NCBI GenBank assembly: GCA_000437255.1
Contig: FR899104.1
Coordinates: forward strand, 208,096 to 253,147
Direction of reading: 5' to 3'
Length of the DNA: 45,052 nucleotides
From: Ruminococcus sp. CAG:403
Lineage (GTDB): Bacteria; Bacillota; Clostridia; Oscillospirales; Ruminococcaceae
Position numbers and translations under genes: made by a program. Below the pieces are notes generated by a model that saw only the letters and a list, made by a program, of their open reading frames with translations, was not told the DNA's origin and ran no database searches. Of this stretch, positions 20,185 through 27,819 are shown piece after piece. Position 1 is the first letter of the stretch, and each line of letters starts with the position of its first letter.

Positions 20185-21318
20185 ATGCCAAAGTACTCAA
20201 AAGAACGATTGACCTTGCTGCTGCTGTTTCCAGCAATGCTGCTGATTGGGTTTTGGATGCTGCTGGGTTTGTGCACCAAGGCAGATTCTGTATCAAAGGT
20301 TTCCCTTTCCGCTCCACTGCAGGAACAAACCGATCGCCTGTTACAGCAGCAGACCATGGGCAGTCGAACCTTGCGCAGTTTTTCTGCCGGTGTGCAGTAT
20401 CATATGGGACTGTCTCAGATCAATCAGGTTTATCTGACACCATCCAGAATGCTGGAAGCACCGGATGTGCTGGATGCCGATGCATTGGAACAGACTGCCG
20501 AGCAGATCAATGCTTTTTATCAGGAAAATCAAACGCCGATCTGCTTGCTTGCAGCACCGTGTGCAACGGAATTCTATCAGGATCAACTTCCGACAGGCGT
20601 TCTGTTTCATTCCCAGAAGGCACAGTTGGAACGATTTTATGACGCATTGCAGACACCGATTCGAACCATTGATCCATATCCGGTTTTGATGCCGGTACAG
20701 GAGGATTATATTTTTTATCGAACAGATACGAAATGGACCTCCTATGGTGCATACTGTGTCTATCGCAGTGTGGTGCAAAAGATGGGCTTTTTGCCGATTT
20801 CCTATGACACCTATGTGGTATCCCATGTGTATGGAGCCTATCGGGGCGATTTGTATCAGCAGTGTGCCTATCTAGGTATTACACCGGATATTCTCGATTT
20901 ATACAGCAGTTCTAAGCAGGAGCTTCCTGTAACCGTGCAGGAGGGCGTAGGGGAAGATGGTGCTGTTCGCACATTATATGATACAGAAGCGCTGGAAAGC
21001 GATACACCATATGACTTTTACCTGGGAGCAGACACGCCGCTTCTAACCATTACAACCGCAGTGGACAATGAAAAGCGATTGCTTTTGCTGAAAGATGACT
21101 GGGCGGATTGCATGGTGCCATTTTTGACCAAGCATTTTCAAACTATTTATGTTTTGGATGTCACTTGTGCCAGTGCAAAGGATGCTGCTCAATTACGGGA
21201 AGTAGCTTTTGACCAGATTCTGATGGTCTGCGACTTGGAAACCTATGAGAATACTGCTGCGATGCAGCGGCTTCTTCGTGCCAGCTCCAAAACATCAACC
21301 GTATCCTTTTTAAAATAA
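20185..21318 (+). CDS. DHHW/AlgJ-like SGNH-fold membrane-anchored protein with non-canonical catalytic motifs
   Basis: N-terminal TM, YIFYRTDTKWTSYGAY (family consensus YRTDHHWT..GAY), GDL, YDFYLG and LLLLKDDWADCMVPFL (consensus KDS[YF]AN..VPFL). It lies directly after the MBOAT gene with an AGGAGG SD. Confidence 0.8.
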   Translation: MPKYSKERLTLLLLFPAMLLIGFWMLLGLCTKADSVSKVSLSAPLQEQTDRLLQQQTMGSRTLRSFSAGVQYHMGLSQINQVYLTPSRMLEAPDVLDADALEQTAEQINAFYQENQTPICLLAAPCATEFYQDQLPTGVLFHSQKAQLERFYDALQTPIRTIDPYPVLMPVQEDYIFYRTDTKWTSYGAYCVYRSVVQKMGFLPISYDTYVVSHVYGAYRGDLYQQCAYLGITPDILDLYSSSKQELPVTVQEGVGEDGAVRTLYDTEALESDTPYDFYLGADTPLLTITTAVDNEKRLLLLKDDWADCMVPFLTKHFQTIYVLDVTCASAKDAAQLREVAFDQILMVCDLETYENTAAMQRLLRASSKTSTVSFLK

Positions 21319-21345
21319 AACCATTTCTGGAAAAGGAGGGATAGC

Positions 21346-22221
21346 ATGATTGATTTGCATTTGCACACCACATGTTCCGACGGGCAGTATACACCTTCCG
21401 AATTAGTTGCCAAGGCGAAGGCAGCTGGCATCACTGCCATGAGTATTACCGATCACGATACTGCAAAGGGTGTTCCAGAGGCGCAGCAGGCTGCACAGGA
21501 GGCGGGAATCCGATTGATTTCCGGAATTGAAATCAGCACAACGGGTAATCGGGAACTGCATATTTTGGGATACGGCATACAACCAGATCATCCCTGTCTG
21601 CAAGCATTTTGTGAAGAACACCGCCGAAACCGGGCAGAGCGATCCATTCGTCTTGTTTCTTATTTACAGGAACAGGGTGTGCCGATTACGTTAGAAAAAG
21701 TACGGCGCTGCAACGATGGAGCTGCAACCGGGCGGCCGCACTTTGCAAAGGCGATTGTGGCGGCTGGATATGCGGCTTCCATTCAGGATGCCTTTGACCG
21801 GTATTTAACGACTGCTGCATTTTATGAACGGGTGGAACGTCCAAAGCCTTCCCCAGAAGCTGGGATGCAGGTGATCTTGCAGTCCGGTGGTATTCCAGTG
21901 CTGGCACATCCGTGCAGATTGAAACTGGAACAGGATGCACTTCGGCAGCTGCTTCAACGGTTGGTAGCAGGCGGCTTGCAGGGAATGGAGTGCTATTACA
22001 GTCGCAATACCCCAGAACAAACGCAGCAGTATCTACAATTGGCAGAAGCATTTCATCTTTTGGTAACGTGCGGCTCTGATTTCCATGGCGAGGCGGTCAA
22101 GCCGGAAATTCAGCTGGGAACCGGGATTGCAGGGAATCTATGCTGCACCGATGAAACGCTTGTTGACCGCTTAGAAGCAGCCATTGCTGCACATCGAAAA
22201 AATTGGCAGTCCAGCTTGTAA
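21346..22221 (+). CDS. PHP-domain phosphoesterase (TrpH/YciV-like)
   Basis: Motifs DLHLHTTCSDG, ITDHD, GIEIS, HILGY, GRPHFA, LAHP and GSDFHG. Confidence 0.9.
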   Translation: MIDLHLHTTCSDGQYTPSELVAKAKAAGITAMSITDHDTAKGVPEAQQAAQEAGIRLISGIEISTTGNRELHILGYGIQPDHPCLQAFCEEHRRNRAERSIRLVSYLQEQGVPITLEKVRRCNDGAATGRPHFAKAIVAAGYAASIQDAFDRYLTTAAFYERVERPKPSPEAGMQVILQSGGIPVLAHPCRLKLEQDALRQLLQRLVAGGLQGMECYYSRNTPEQTQQYLQLAEAFHLLVTCGSDFHGEAVKPEIQLGTGIAGNLCCTDETLVDRLEAAIAAHRKNWQSSL

Positions 22222-22229
22222 ATAGAAAA

Positions 22230-22258
22230 TTGACAAATGAAACTGCCTGTAGTATAAT
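22230..22258 (+). promoter_or_regulatory. Consensus sigma-A promoter
   Basis: TTGACA, 17 bp, TATAAT (perfect consensus). Confidence 0.8.
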
Positions 22259-22289
22259 AGGACAGAACAATAAAAGTAAGAGGTGACGA

Positions 22290-22604
22290 ATGATGAAAAA
22301 ACTGCCTTCTATGTATCCATGGGATCCCGCACGTGCAGGTGCAAAAGAACTGCTTGCATTGATGCGGCAGCATCGGCAGGATGCCATTGAAATCCAAATT
22401 TTTTATAATGGATATGTACATGAACTTGGCGTTGCGCAAAAAAATGGAGCAGCTTCCTTTTATTTGAATGAGGATTCTTATGCGTCTGCCTTTATTTTTG
22501 CAGCTACAGCCGCAATTGAGGATATGCTGTTTACGGATATTGAGGAGCCTATTTGGGTATTGGCAATTGATGGAGCCGATCCGGCAGAAAAATTGGCGAA
22601 GTAA
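22290..22604 (+). CDS. Hypothetical protein
   Basis: 104-aa ORF with a GAGGTG SD immediately downstream of a consensus promoter; no recognised motif. Confidence 0.65.
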   Translation: MMKKLPSMYPWDPARAGAKELLALMRQHRQDAIEIQIFYNGYVHELGVAQKNGAASFYLNEDSYASAFIFAATAAIEDMLFTDIEEPIWVLAIDGADPAEKLAK

Positions 22605-22624
22605 GGGAGAGAGGAACAAGCAAC

Positions 22625-23314
22625 ATGGAAAAACAAACCAAGCAAAAAAACAAATGGATTTCATTTTTGGCAGATGGCATGCTGTCCGGTATTATGATTG
22701 GAATCGGCGGCGTTGTCAGCCTTTCCAGCGATAACCGTTACATTGGGGCACTGCTGTTCTCGTTGGGACTGTTTTGTATTGTACAGTTTCAATATGGACT
22801 CTATACCGGAAAGGTTGGCTATATTGTAAACCGGGAGCCGGCGTTTATTGCAGAAACATTGGTTACTTTGGTGGGGAACACACTGGGGGCAGCTGTAGCG
22901 GCATTGCTGATTCGGCTGACACGGTTTGCCAGTGATACCAATGTTGTGAATCTGGATGTGACCATTGTGGAGCGTGCACAGACAACTGTGGATGCAAAAC
23001 TTTCCGATCATCCGCTTAGTGCATTTATACTGGCAGTCTTTTGCGGATTGCTGATGTTTTCTGCCGTGGAATCCAATCGGATTTGCAGCAAAAAGGGGAA
23101 TTATCCAGCTGCCTTGTTTGGCGTTGTAATGCCGATTTTGGTGTTTATTATTTGCGGATTCAATCACTGTATTGCGGATTTGTTCTACTATTTTTTGGCA
23201 GGCTGTCCGTCCGGTGCCAAGGCGGCAGTTTATATTCCGGTTGTAATTTTAGGAAATGCAGCTGGCGGTATGTTGATTCCGCTGCTGAAAAAGTGTTCCA
23301 ATCAGCCGCTTTAA
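22625..23314 (+). CDS. Formate/nitrite transporter (FNT) family channel
   Basis: Motifs GIMIGIGG, LYTGK, TLVGNTLGA, AVFCGLLM, FIICGFNHCIAD and VILGNAAGG. Confidence 0.85.
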   Translation: MEKQTKQKNKWISFLADGMLSGIMIGIGGVVSLSSDNRYIGALLFSLGLFCIVQFQYGLYTGKVGYIVNREPAFIAETLVTLVGNTLGAAVAALLIRLTRFASDTNVVNLDVTIVERAQTTVDAKLSDHPLSAFILAVFCGLLMFSAVESNRICSKKGNYPAALFGVVMPILVFIICGFNHCIADLFYYFLAGCPSGAKAAVYIPVVILGNAAGGMLIPLLKKCSNQPL

Positions 23315-23317
23315 ATC

Positions 23318-23351
23318 AAAAAAAATTCCGCTCGAAAGAGCGGAATTTTTC
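23318..23351 (+). terminator. Intrinsic terminator
   Basis: AAAAATTCCGCTC-GAAA-GAGCGGAATTTTT perfect hairpin after the FNT stop codon. Confidence 0.85.
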
Positions 23352-23381
23352 TTGACAAAAGCTGACGCTTTATGGTACAAT
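23352..23381 (+). promoter_or_regulatory. Sigma-A promoter of the GNAT gene
   Basis: TTGACA, 18 bp, TGnTACAAT. Confidence 0.6.
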
Positions 23382-23482
23382 AATCCATATATTCCCAATT
23401 GCATAGGAAGGTTGTGGGAAGAAAAAATACCACGTATTTCCTTTGTATGCATAGATGTTAAAAATGAAGGAGTAGCCGTAAT

Positions 23483-24355
23483 ATGATTCGTATCCTTGAT
23501 GTTGCCAGAGCACAATTGGCAATTGACTTGAATTGTACAGAAGAAGATTTACTGCAAGAAGAACAAATTCGATTTTGTCCGGCTGCCATGCGGAAGGGAT
23601 GTCGAACCCGCAAACGACAGAAACCATTTCTGGAAGCCGTTTCCATGGGACAAGGAATTGTAGTTTCCGGTGATCCGGAAGCCTTGCATGTGGTGCAGCC
23701 AATTCTAAAAGATAAACGGCGGGAACAGATTTTTGAGTCTCCTTTTTTTTACGGGCAGTCTCTGTATTTTGTGCCGCAGCAAACCATTTCTCGTATCAAA
23801 AGCGCTTATCCGGAACTAAGCTTTTTTGTTCGGGAAGCAGATGAAATTCAGGAATTGCAATCGCTTCCCAATCTGGATGCTTTTTCCAATGCGCTGGAAT
23901 TTTCGAAATCCGGCACAAGCAAGACTTGTCTTGTAATGTATGTGGTACGGGGCAGCGAGGTCATTGCAATGGCAGGTGCAGCGCCGGATAGTGCTGCTAT
24001 GTGGGCGATTGATGTGGATGTTCTGCCGCAGTATCGGCGCAAAGGGCTGGCCTCCTACTTGGTCAATCATCTTGCTTTTTTGGTGTTGGAGAAAAACATC
24101 GTTCCATTTTTTTGTGTTGCGCCAGCAAACTTACCAGCAATTGCAACGGCATACCGCAGCGGATTCTCGCTCGGCTGGGTCAGCACGTATCACACCACAT
24201 TGGATGGAAGCAGTGTGTTTGACGAGTTTTTGATGCTGAATGGAAAACAGACACCAGAAGAAAAAGAATTGATTCGCAAGAAAAACATGGAAGCAGTCAA
24301 AGCAACGATAGAACGCTTGGCAGGAAAAAATGGTTCTAATGCCGGAACTCCGTAA
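23483..24355 (+). CDS. GNAT-family N-acetyltransferase
   Basis: Acetyl-CoA motif A IDVDVLPQYRRKGLASYLV and NLPAIATAYRSGF; AAGGAG SD. Confidence 0.85.
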   Translation: MIRILDVARAQLAIDLNCTEEDLLQEEQIRFCPAAMRKGCRTRKRQKPFLEAVSMGQGIVVSGDPEALHVVQPILKDKRREQIFESPFFYGQSLYFVPQQTISRIKSAYPELSFFVREADEIQELQSLPNLDAFSNALEFSKSGTSKTCLVMYVVRGSEVIAMAGAAPDSAAMWAIDVDVLPQYRRKGLASYLVNHLAFLVLEKNIVPFFCVAPANLPAIATAYRSGFSLGWVSTYHTTLDGSSVFDEFLMLNGKQTPEEKELIRKKNMEAVKATIERLAGKNGSNAGTP

Positions 24356-24371
24356 AAGCTGAAACGATTAC

Positions 24372-24413
24372 AAAAGGCTGTACCGTCATGCGATCGTGTC
24401 GGTACAGCCTTTC
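24372..24413 (+). terminator. Intrinsic terminator (GNAT)
   Basis: AAAGGCTGTACCG...CGGTACAGCCTTT stem. Confidence 0.7.
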
Positions 24414-24417
24414 TCAT

Positions 24418-24458
24418 AAAAAAGAACCCTGAACCAAAAATTTGATTCAGAGCTTCCA
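24418..24458 (-). terminator. Intrinsic terminator of the tRNA transcript
   Basis: Minus strand GAAGCTCTGAATC...GGTTCAGGGTTC followed by TTTTTT, just after the tRNA CCA. Confidence 0.6.
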
Positions 24459-24460
24459 AT

Positions 24461-24537
24461 TGGTACGCCTGATGCGATTCGAACGCACGACCTTCAGAGT
24501 CGGAGTCTGACACTCTATCCAGCTGAGCTACAGGCGC
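24461..24537 (-). tRNA. tRNA-Arg(CCG)
   Basis: Reverse complement GCGCCTGTAGCTCAGCTGGATAGAGTGTCAGACTCCGACTCTGAAGGTCGTGCGTTCGAATCGCATCAGGCGTACCA folds as a cloverleaf with anticodon stem TCAGA/TCTGA, loop CT-CCG-AC, T-loop TTCGAAT and an encoded CCA. Confidence 0.96.
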
Positions 24538-24624
24538 ATAAAATCTGCACAAAAATTTGTTTTTCCAAATCTTGCTTTTCAACAATTTTACTGAAAAACA
24601 ATTTTTACGCTTTATCTGTATATT

Positions 24625-24653
24625 ATTATACCAAATTTTATTGAAAAATGCAA
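24625..24653 (-). promoter_or_regulatory. Sigma-A promoter of tRNA-Arg
   Basis: Minus strand TTGCAT, 17 bp, TGnTATAAT. Confidence 0.65.
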
Positions 24654-24669
24654 GCCCTTATGCTATAAT
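24641..24669 (+). promoter_or_regulatory. Sigma-A promoter of the permuted NlpC/P60 gene
   Basis: TTGAAA, 17 bp, TGnTATAAT; it overlaps the divergent tRNA promoter. Confidence 0.6.
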
Positions 24670-24703
24670 TATATGAGATTTTTGAAAATTTTTTGGGGTG
24701 AGA

Positions 24704-25297
24704 ATGTTGCAAGACTACCTATTCGTATTGTTGAGCCAAACTGGAACGAGAGTGGCTCGTTTTATTCGCTTTTTTACCAAGAAACCGTATAATCACGCTT
24801 CCGTAGCAACAGATCTTTCTTTGGATGAAATGTATAGCTTCTGTCGCACGTATGTGCATTTTCCGCTTCCGGCTACCTTTAACCAGGAAATTGTTGGGGA
24901 GGGAACTTTAGGACGGTATCCGGTGATTCCCTGTGAAATCTATATGATTCCGGTCACCAAGGAAACCAAGCAGGAATTTCATCAGCGCTTGGAATTTTTT
25001 AAGACTAATCGGCGTTCCTTTTCTTATAATATCCTGGGACTGGGTTCTACCTTTTTCCATATTCAATGGGCGAGAAAGCATAAGCTGCATTGTTCGCAAT
25101 TTGTTGCAAAGCTGCTGGAGCAGTGCGGCGTGCAGCTGAACAAGCCGGTTTGTCTCAATACACCGGATGATTTACGATATTTGCCGTCTGCCTATTTGAT
25201 TTATCGGGGAGAGTTGAATCTGTTCTATGAGACCATTGCCAAGCAGCATCCGAACTGTGAGGATTTTTCCAGCTTTCTGATGCATCATCATGCCTGA
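24704..25297 (+). CDS. Permuted papain-like NlpC/P60 (YiiX/YebB-like) protein
   Basis: His before Cys order: FIRFFTKKPYNHAS ... YNILG ... HCSQFVAKLL ... PDDL. No signal peptide. Start uncertain (24698, 24704 or 24707). Confidence 0.7.
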   Translation: MLQDYLFVLLSQTGTRVARFIRFFTKKPYNHASVATDLSLDEMYSFCRTYVHFPLPATFNQEIVGEGTLGRYPVIPCEIYMIPVTKETKQEFHQRLEFFKTNRRSFSYNILGLGSTFFHIQWARKHKLHCSQFVAKLLEQCGVQLNKPVCLNTPDDLRYLPSAYLIYRGELNLFYETIAKQHPNCEDFSSFLMHHHA

Positions 25298-25598
25298 TGC
25301 ATTGATTCCAGATCATCTGCCAAATTGTGAGAACAGGAGTCGGAATCCATATTGCTTCGGATTGCTGCCAAATCGGTTGTGGCAATTGCGCCTGTTTGGT
25401 CAGAATCGATAGCGATAAGGTTCCGTCAGGGGAGGCAGAAACAGCTGTTGCTGCCGGTGGATTTGCTTCCATGCGGCGGTAGGCAGAACTGGAAACTTGA
25501 AGGAATCCCCATAAGAATCCATTGAGTAATACATAAAAGCTACCATATTGTATGGCACGCCGCAGGAAGCGACGTGTTTTTTTTTGCAATCTTTTCAT
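25155..25598 (-). CDS. Hypothetical membrane protein downstream of spoIIP
   Basis: Basic N-terminus plus a TM segment, CAGGAG SD, starting 2 bp after the spoIIP stop. The last ~47 codons overlap the convergent gene. Confidence 0.55.
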   Translation of the reverse strand: MKRLQKKTRRFLRRAIQYGSFYVLLNGFLWGFLQVSSSAYRRMEANPPAATAVSASPDGTLSLSILTKQAQLPQPIWQQSEAIWIPTPVLTIWQMIWNQCIRHDDASESWKNPHSSDAAWQWSHRTDSTLPDKSNRQTANIVNHPVY

Positions 25599-25600
25599 TT

Positions 25601-26728
25601 CTACTCCTGTTGCAGCAAGGTTTTTGCCAGAGAAACACCGATCAGCTGTCCGGAATAAACGGCTTGATCCAGTGTGTTTCCATGGGAGCCAACCTCAATC
25701 AGTAAGCTGCCGGTTGTTAAATCCTGATTGTAGTGGCGGTAATCGAACAAAATGGGTCGAGTGAGTCCGGGATATAGAGATTCCATCATGCCTTGCAGGG
25801 CACAGGCAAAGTGGAAGTTTTCCATATAATGCGGCATGTTCATGGTGCCGTCATCGCAGCCGGAGATAATCATGATCTGTGCGGCCTCCTTGCCATCAAT
25901 TTCTACAATGGGCTGTGCAATGGCAGTATCATCGCCGATTGCATCTCGATGGATGTCCAGCACCACTTGAATGGTGGGGTATTGCTCCAGAATGGCACGT
26001 ACCGTTTCTGCGCTGCGTTCATAGGAGCCGTTATAGGAGGGGTAATCATGGATGACATCACTGTGAATTACGCCGATTCCGGCAGCTTCCAACTGTGCAG
26101 CAATAGCGTTGCCGACTGCAATCATATTTTTACTGGGATCTGTCGTGCGGTAATTGAAGCTGCTGTCAAAATTGTCTCGGACATATGGCTCAAATGTTTC
26201 AGTTGTGTGCGTGTGCATAATTAGGACACGTGGCGTTCCATCGGCGGCAACATCAAAGTTTGGGAGATGTTTGCTCTCTTCCATAAGCTGCTCATTGGGC
26301 AGGCTGGTTTTATTTTGCACCTGTCCAGCCGTATCCAGTGAGAAGAAGCGTGTGCCATAGTATGTGCTGTAAAAGGTTCGGTTTACCTGACATTCTGGCT
26401 GTACATTCCAAACTTCCGGATAAGGCTTTGCACCGGGATCAGAAGTGCCTGTCTGTGTGTCTGCTTGTACCAAGGAGGGCATGGATTCTTCTTCCCAGCC
26501 ATACCCCTGCGAGGCTACATTCCAAGCATCCTCGTCCAATGTCAATCCAGCCTGTGCTGCTGCAAGCGGAATCTGTTGGGAATGCCTCCTGCTCTGCTGT
26601 GTGAATGGAGATGCGGCAGGAGGCGTTTTGGGAAGGAGACGCTTTCCCAACAGGACAACCATGGGAAGCATCAGCAGAAGCAATAAAAAGAGTGGCTTTT
26701 TTCGTTTGAGCGAACGTCGTTTGCGCAC
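25601..26728 (-). CDS. spoIIP: Stage II sporulation protein P (cell-wall hydrolase)
   Basis: VLIMHTHTTE, HDYPSYNGSYERS, LDIHRD and YNQDL...LLIEVGSHGN; N-terminal basic stretch plus TM. Start reset to the GTG at 26728 (GAGGTG SD). Confidence 0.92.
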   Translation of the reverse strand: MRKRRSLKRKKPLFLLLLLMLPMVVLLGKRLLPKTPPAASPFTQQSRRHSQQIPLAAAQAGLTLDEDAWNVASQGYGWEEESMPSLVQADTQTGTSDPGAKPYPEVWNVQPECQVNRTFYSTYYGTRFFSLDTAGQVQNKTSLPNEQLMEESKHLPNFDVAADGTPRVLIMHTHTTETFEPYVRDNFDSSFNYRTTDPSKNMIAVGNAIAAQLEAAGIGVIHSDVIHDYPSYNGSYERSAETVRAILEQYPTIQVVLDIHRDAIGDDTAIAQPIVEIDGKEAAQIMIISGCDDGTMNMPHYMENFHFACALQGMMESLYPGLTRPILFDYRHYNQDLTTGSLLIEVGSHGNTLDQAVYSGQLIGVSLAKTLLQQE

Positions 26729-26822
26729 TGTATTCACCTCATTATTCTTTCCTGATGTTCCTATTGTTATGCAGCAGCCTGCAACATTCAGAACCAATCT
26801 TTTTGGTCGTATTCTGCAAAAT

Positions 26823-26852
26823 GTATAGGACAAACTGGATTTTTCATACCAT
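26823..26852 (+). promoter_or_regulatory. Possible sporulation sigma (SigE-like) promoter of the deacetylase
   Basis: GTATA (26823), 17 bp, CATACCAT (26845), similar to the ATA-N16/18-CATAcaaT consensus. No good sigma-A pair is nearby. Confidence 0.35.
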
Positions 26853-26884
26853 ATGATCAGATGAAAAGAGGGAGGGGACTGCTT

Positions 26885-27754
26885 ATGTATCATTGCTGCA
26901 ACATTCGAAAACTCCTGCGGTTTCTGGTGATTGACATGGTAGTGTTGATTTTGGCAGCCATTTGTACAACAGTGGGAAAGTTCTATGCTGCATCCAATCG
27001 TCCGCCGGATGGGATTTTTCTGCCCATTCTGATGTACCACAGTATTACGGAAGGCCCGGAAAATGAATTTCGTGTGACACCGGAAACGCTGGAAGCGGAT
27101 TTGCAATATCTTTCTCAGCATGGTTATCAGAGTGTCTCTGCACAGCAGTTAGTCGATTATACCAATGGTATTGGGACACTTCCGGAACATCCGGTGATGA
27201 TTACCTTTGATGATGGCTTTTACAACAATTTGAGTCTGGCGCTTCCAATCCTAGAACAATATCAAATGTGTGCCATTGTTTCCACAGTCGGTATTTTTAC
27301 AGAGATGCTGGCACCGGATGCACCGCATGTGGATGCTTATTCCTATTTAACATGGGAGGATCTGCGTACCATGCTGCAATCTGATTGGATTGAATTGGGC
27401 AATCACACATATGATATGCACAGCAATGGAGCACGCTGCGGATGCCGCAAGATGGATTGGGAAACGGAGGAGGATTACCACACATTCTTTTCAGCGGATG
27501 TGCAGATCTTGCAAAACCGCTGCCGGGAGGAGTTGAATCAGGTGCCCATTGTGTTTGCCTATCCATATGGATTCGTTTGTCAGGAAAGCAATGCAGTGTT
27601 GAAGGATGCTGGGTTCTTATTGACATTGACTTGCCTGGAGAAACCCAATTATATTACCAAAGATCCCAATTGTTTATATGATTTAAACCGGTACAATCGG
27701 TCTGGATTCCTGTCTACGGAAACCTATATGCAGCGTATTTTATCGGAATCCTAA
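26885..27754 (+). CDS. Polysaccharide deacetylase (CE4/NodB), membrane-anchored
   Basis: PILMYH, ITFDDG, LTWE, GNHTYDMH and FAYPYG; N-terminal TM. ATG at 26885 after a GGAGGGG SD. Confidence 0.88.
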   Translation: MYHCCNIRKLLRFLVIDMVVLILAAICTTVGKFYAASNRPPDGIFLPILMYHSITEGPENEFRVTPETLEADLQYLSQHGYQSVSAQQLVDYTNGIGTLPEHPVMITFDDGFYNNLSLALPILEQYQMCAIVSTVGIFTEMLAPDAPHVDAYSYLTWEDLRTMLQSDWIELGNHTYDMHSNGARCGCRKMDWETEEDYHTFFSADVQILQNRCREELNQVPIVFAYPYGFVCQESNAVLKDAGFLLTLTCLEKPNYITKDPNCLYDLNRYNRSGFLSTETYMQRILSES

Positions 27755-27788
27755 AAAAGGAGCCTGCAACTTGCAGGCTCCTTTTTTA
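27753..27788. terminator. Bidirectional intrinsic terminator
   Basis: AAAAAAGGAGCCTGCA-ACT-TGCAGGCTCCTTTTTT perfect inverted repeat between convergent genes. Confidence 0.88.
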
Positions 27789-27819
27789 TAAGAACGATCC
27801 TATTTTTAAAATCAAATGC

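Noticed and set aside
18811..21318. Calling the MBOAT pair dltB/dltD or pseudogenes
   Set aside because: No dltA/dltC is adjacent, the motifs are AlgI/DHHW-like, and both reading frames are intact.
23388..23482. ~95-nt GNAT leader as a riboswitch or attenuator
   Set aside because: Only weak short pairings (TTCCCA/TGGGAA); no terminator or recognisable aptamer.
24461..24537. tRNA 3' end as the integration site of an island
   Set aside because: No integrase nearby, I noticed no duplicated tRNA 3' fragment, and a normal terminator follows the tRNA.
24190..24585. 131-aa minus-strand ORF spanning the tRNA
   Set aside because: It is a translation of the tRNA and terminator sequences, not a plausible gene.
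26729..27121. N-terminal 131-aa extension of spoIIP in the ORF track
   Set aside because: It overlaps the divergent deacetylase gene. The GTG at 26728 has an SD and gives the expected basic+TM N-terminus. Upstream extensions of pfkA, moxR, alaS, metH and adaptor 2 were trimmed for similar reasons.
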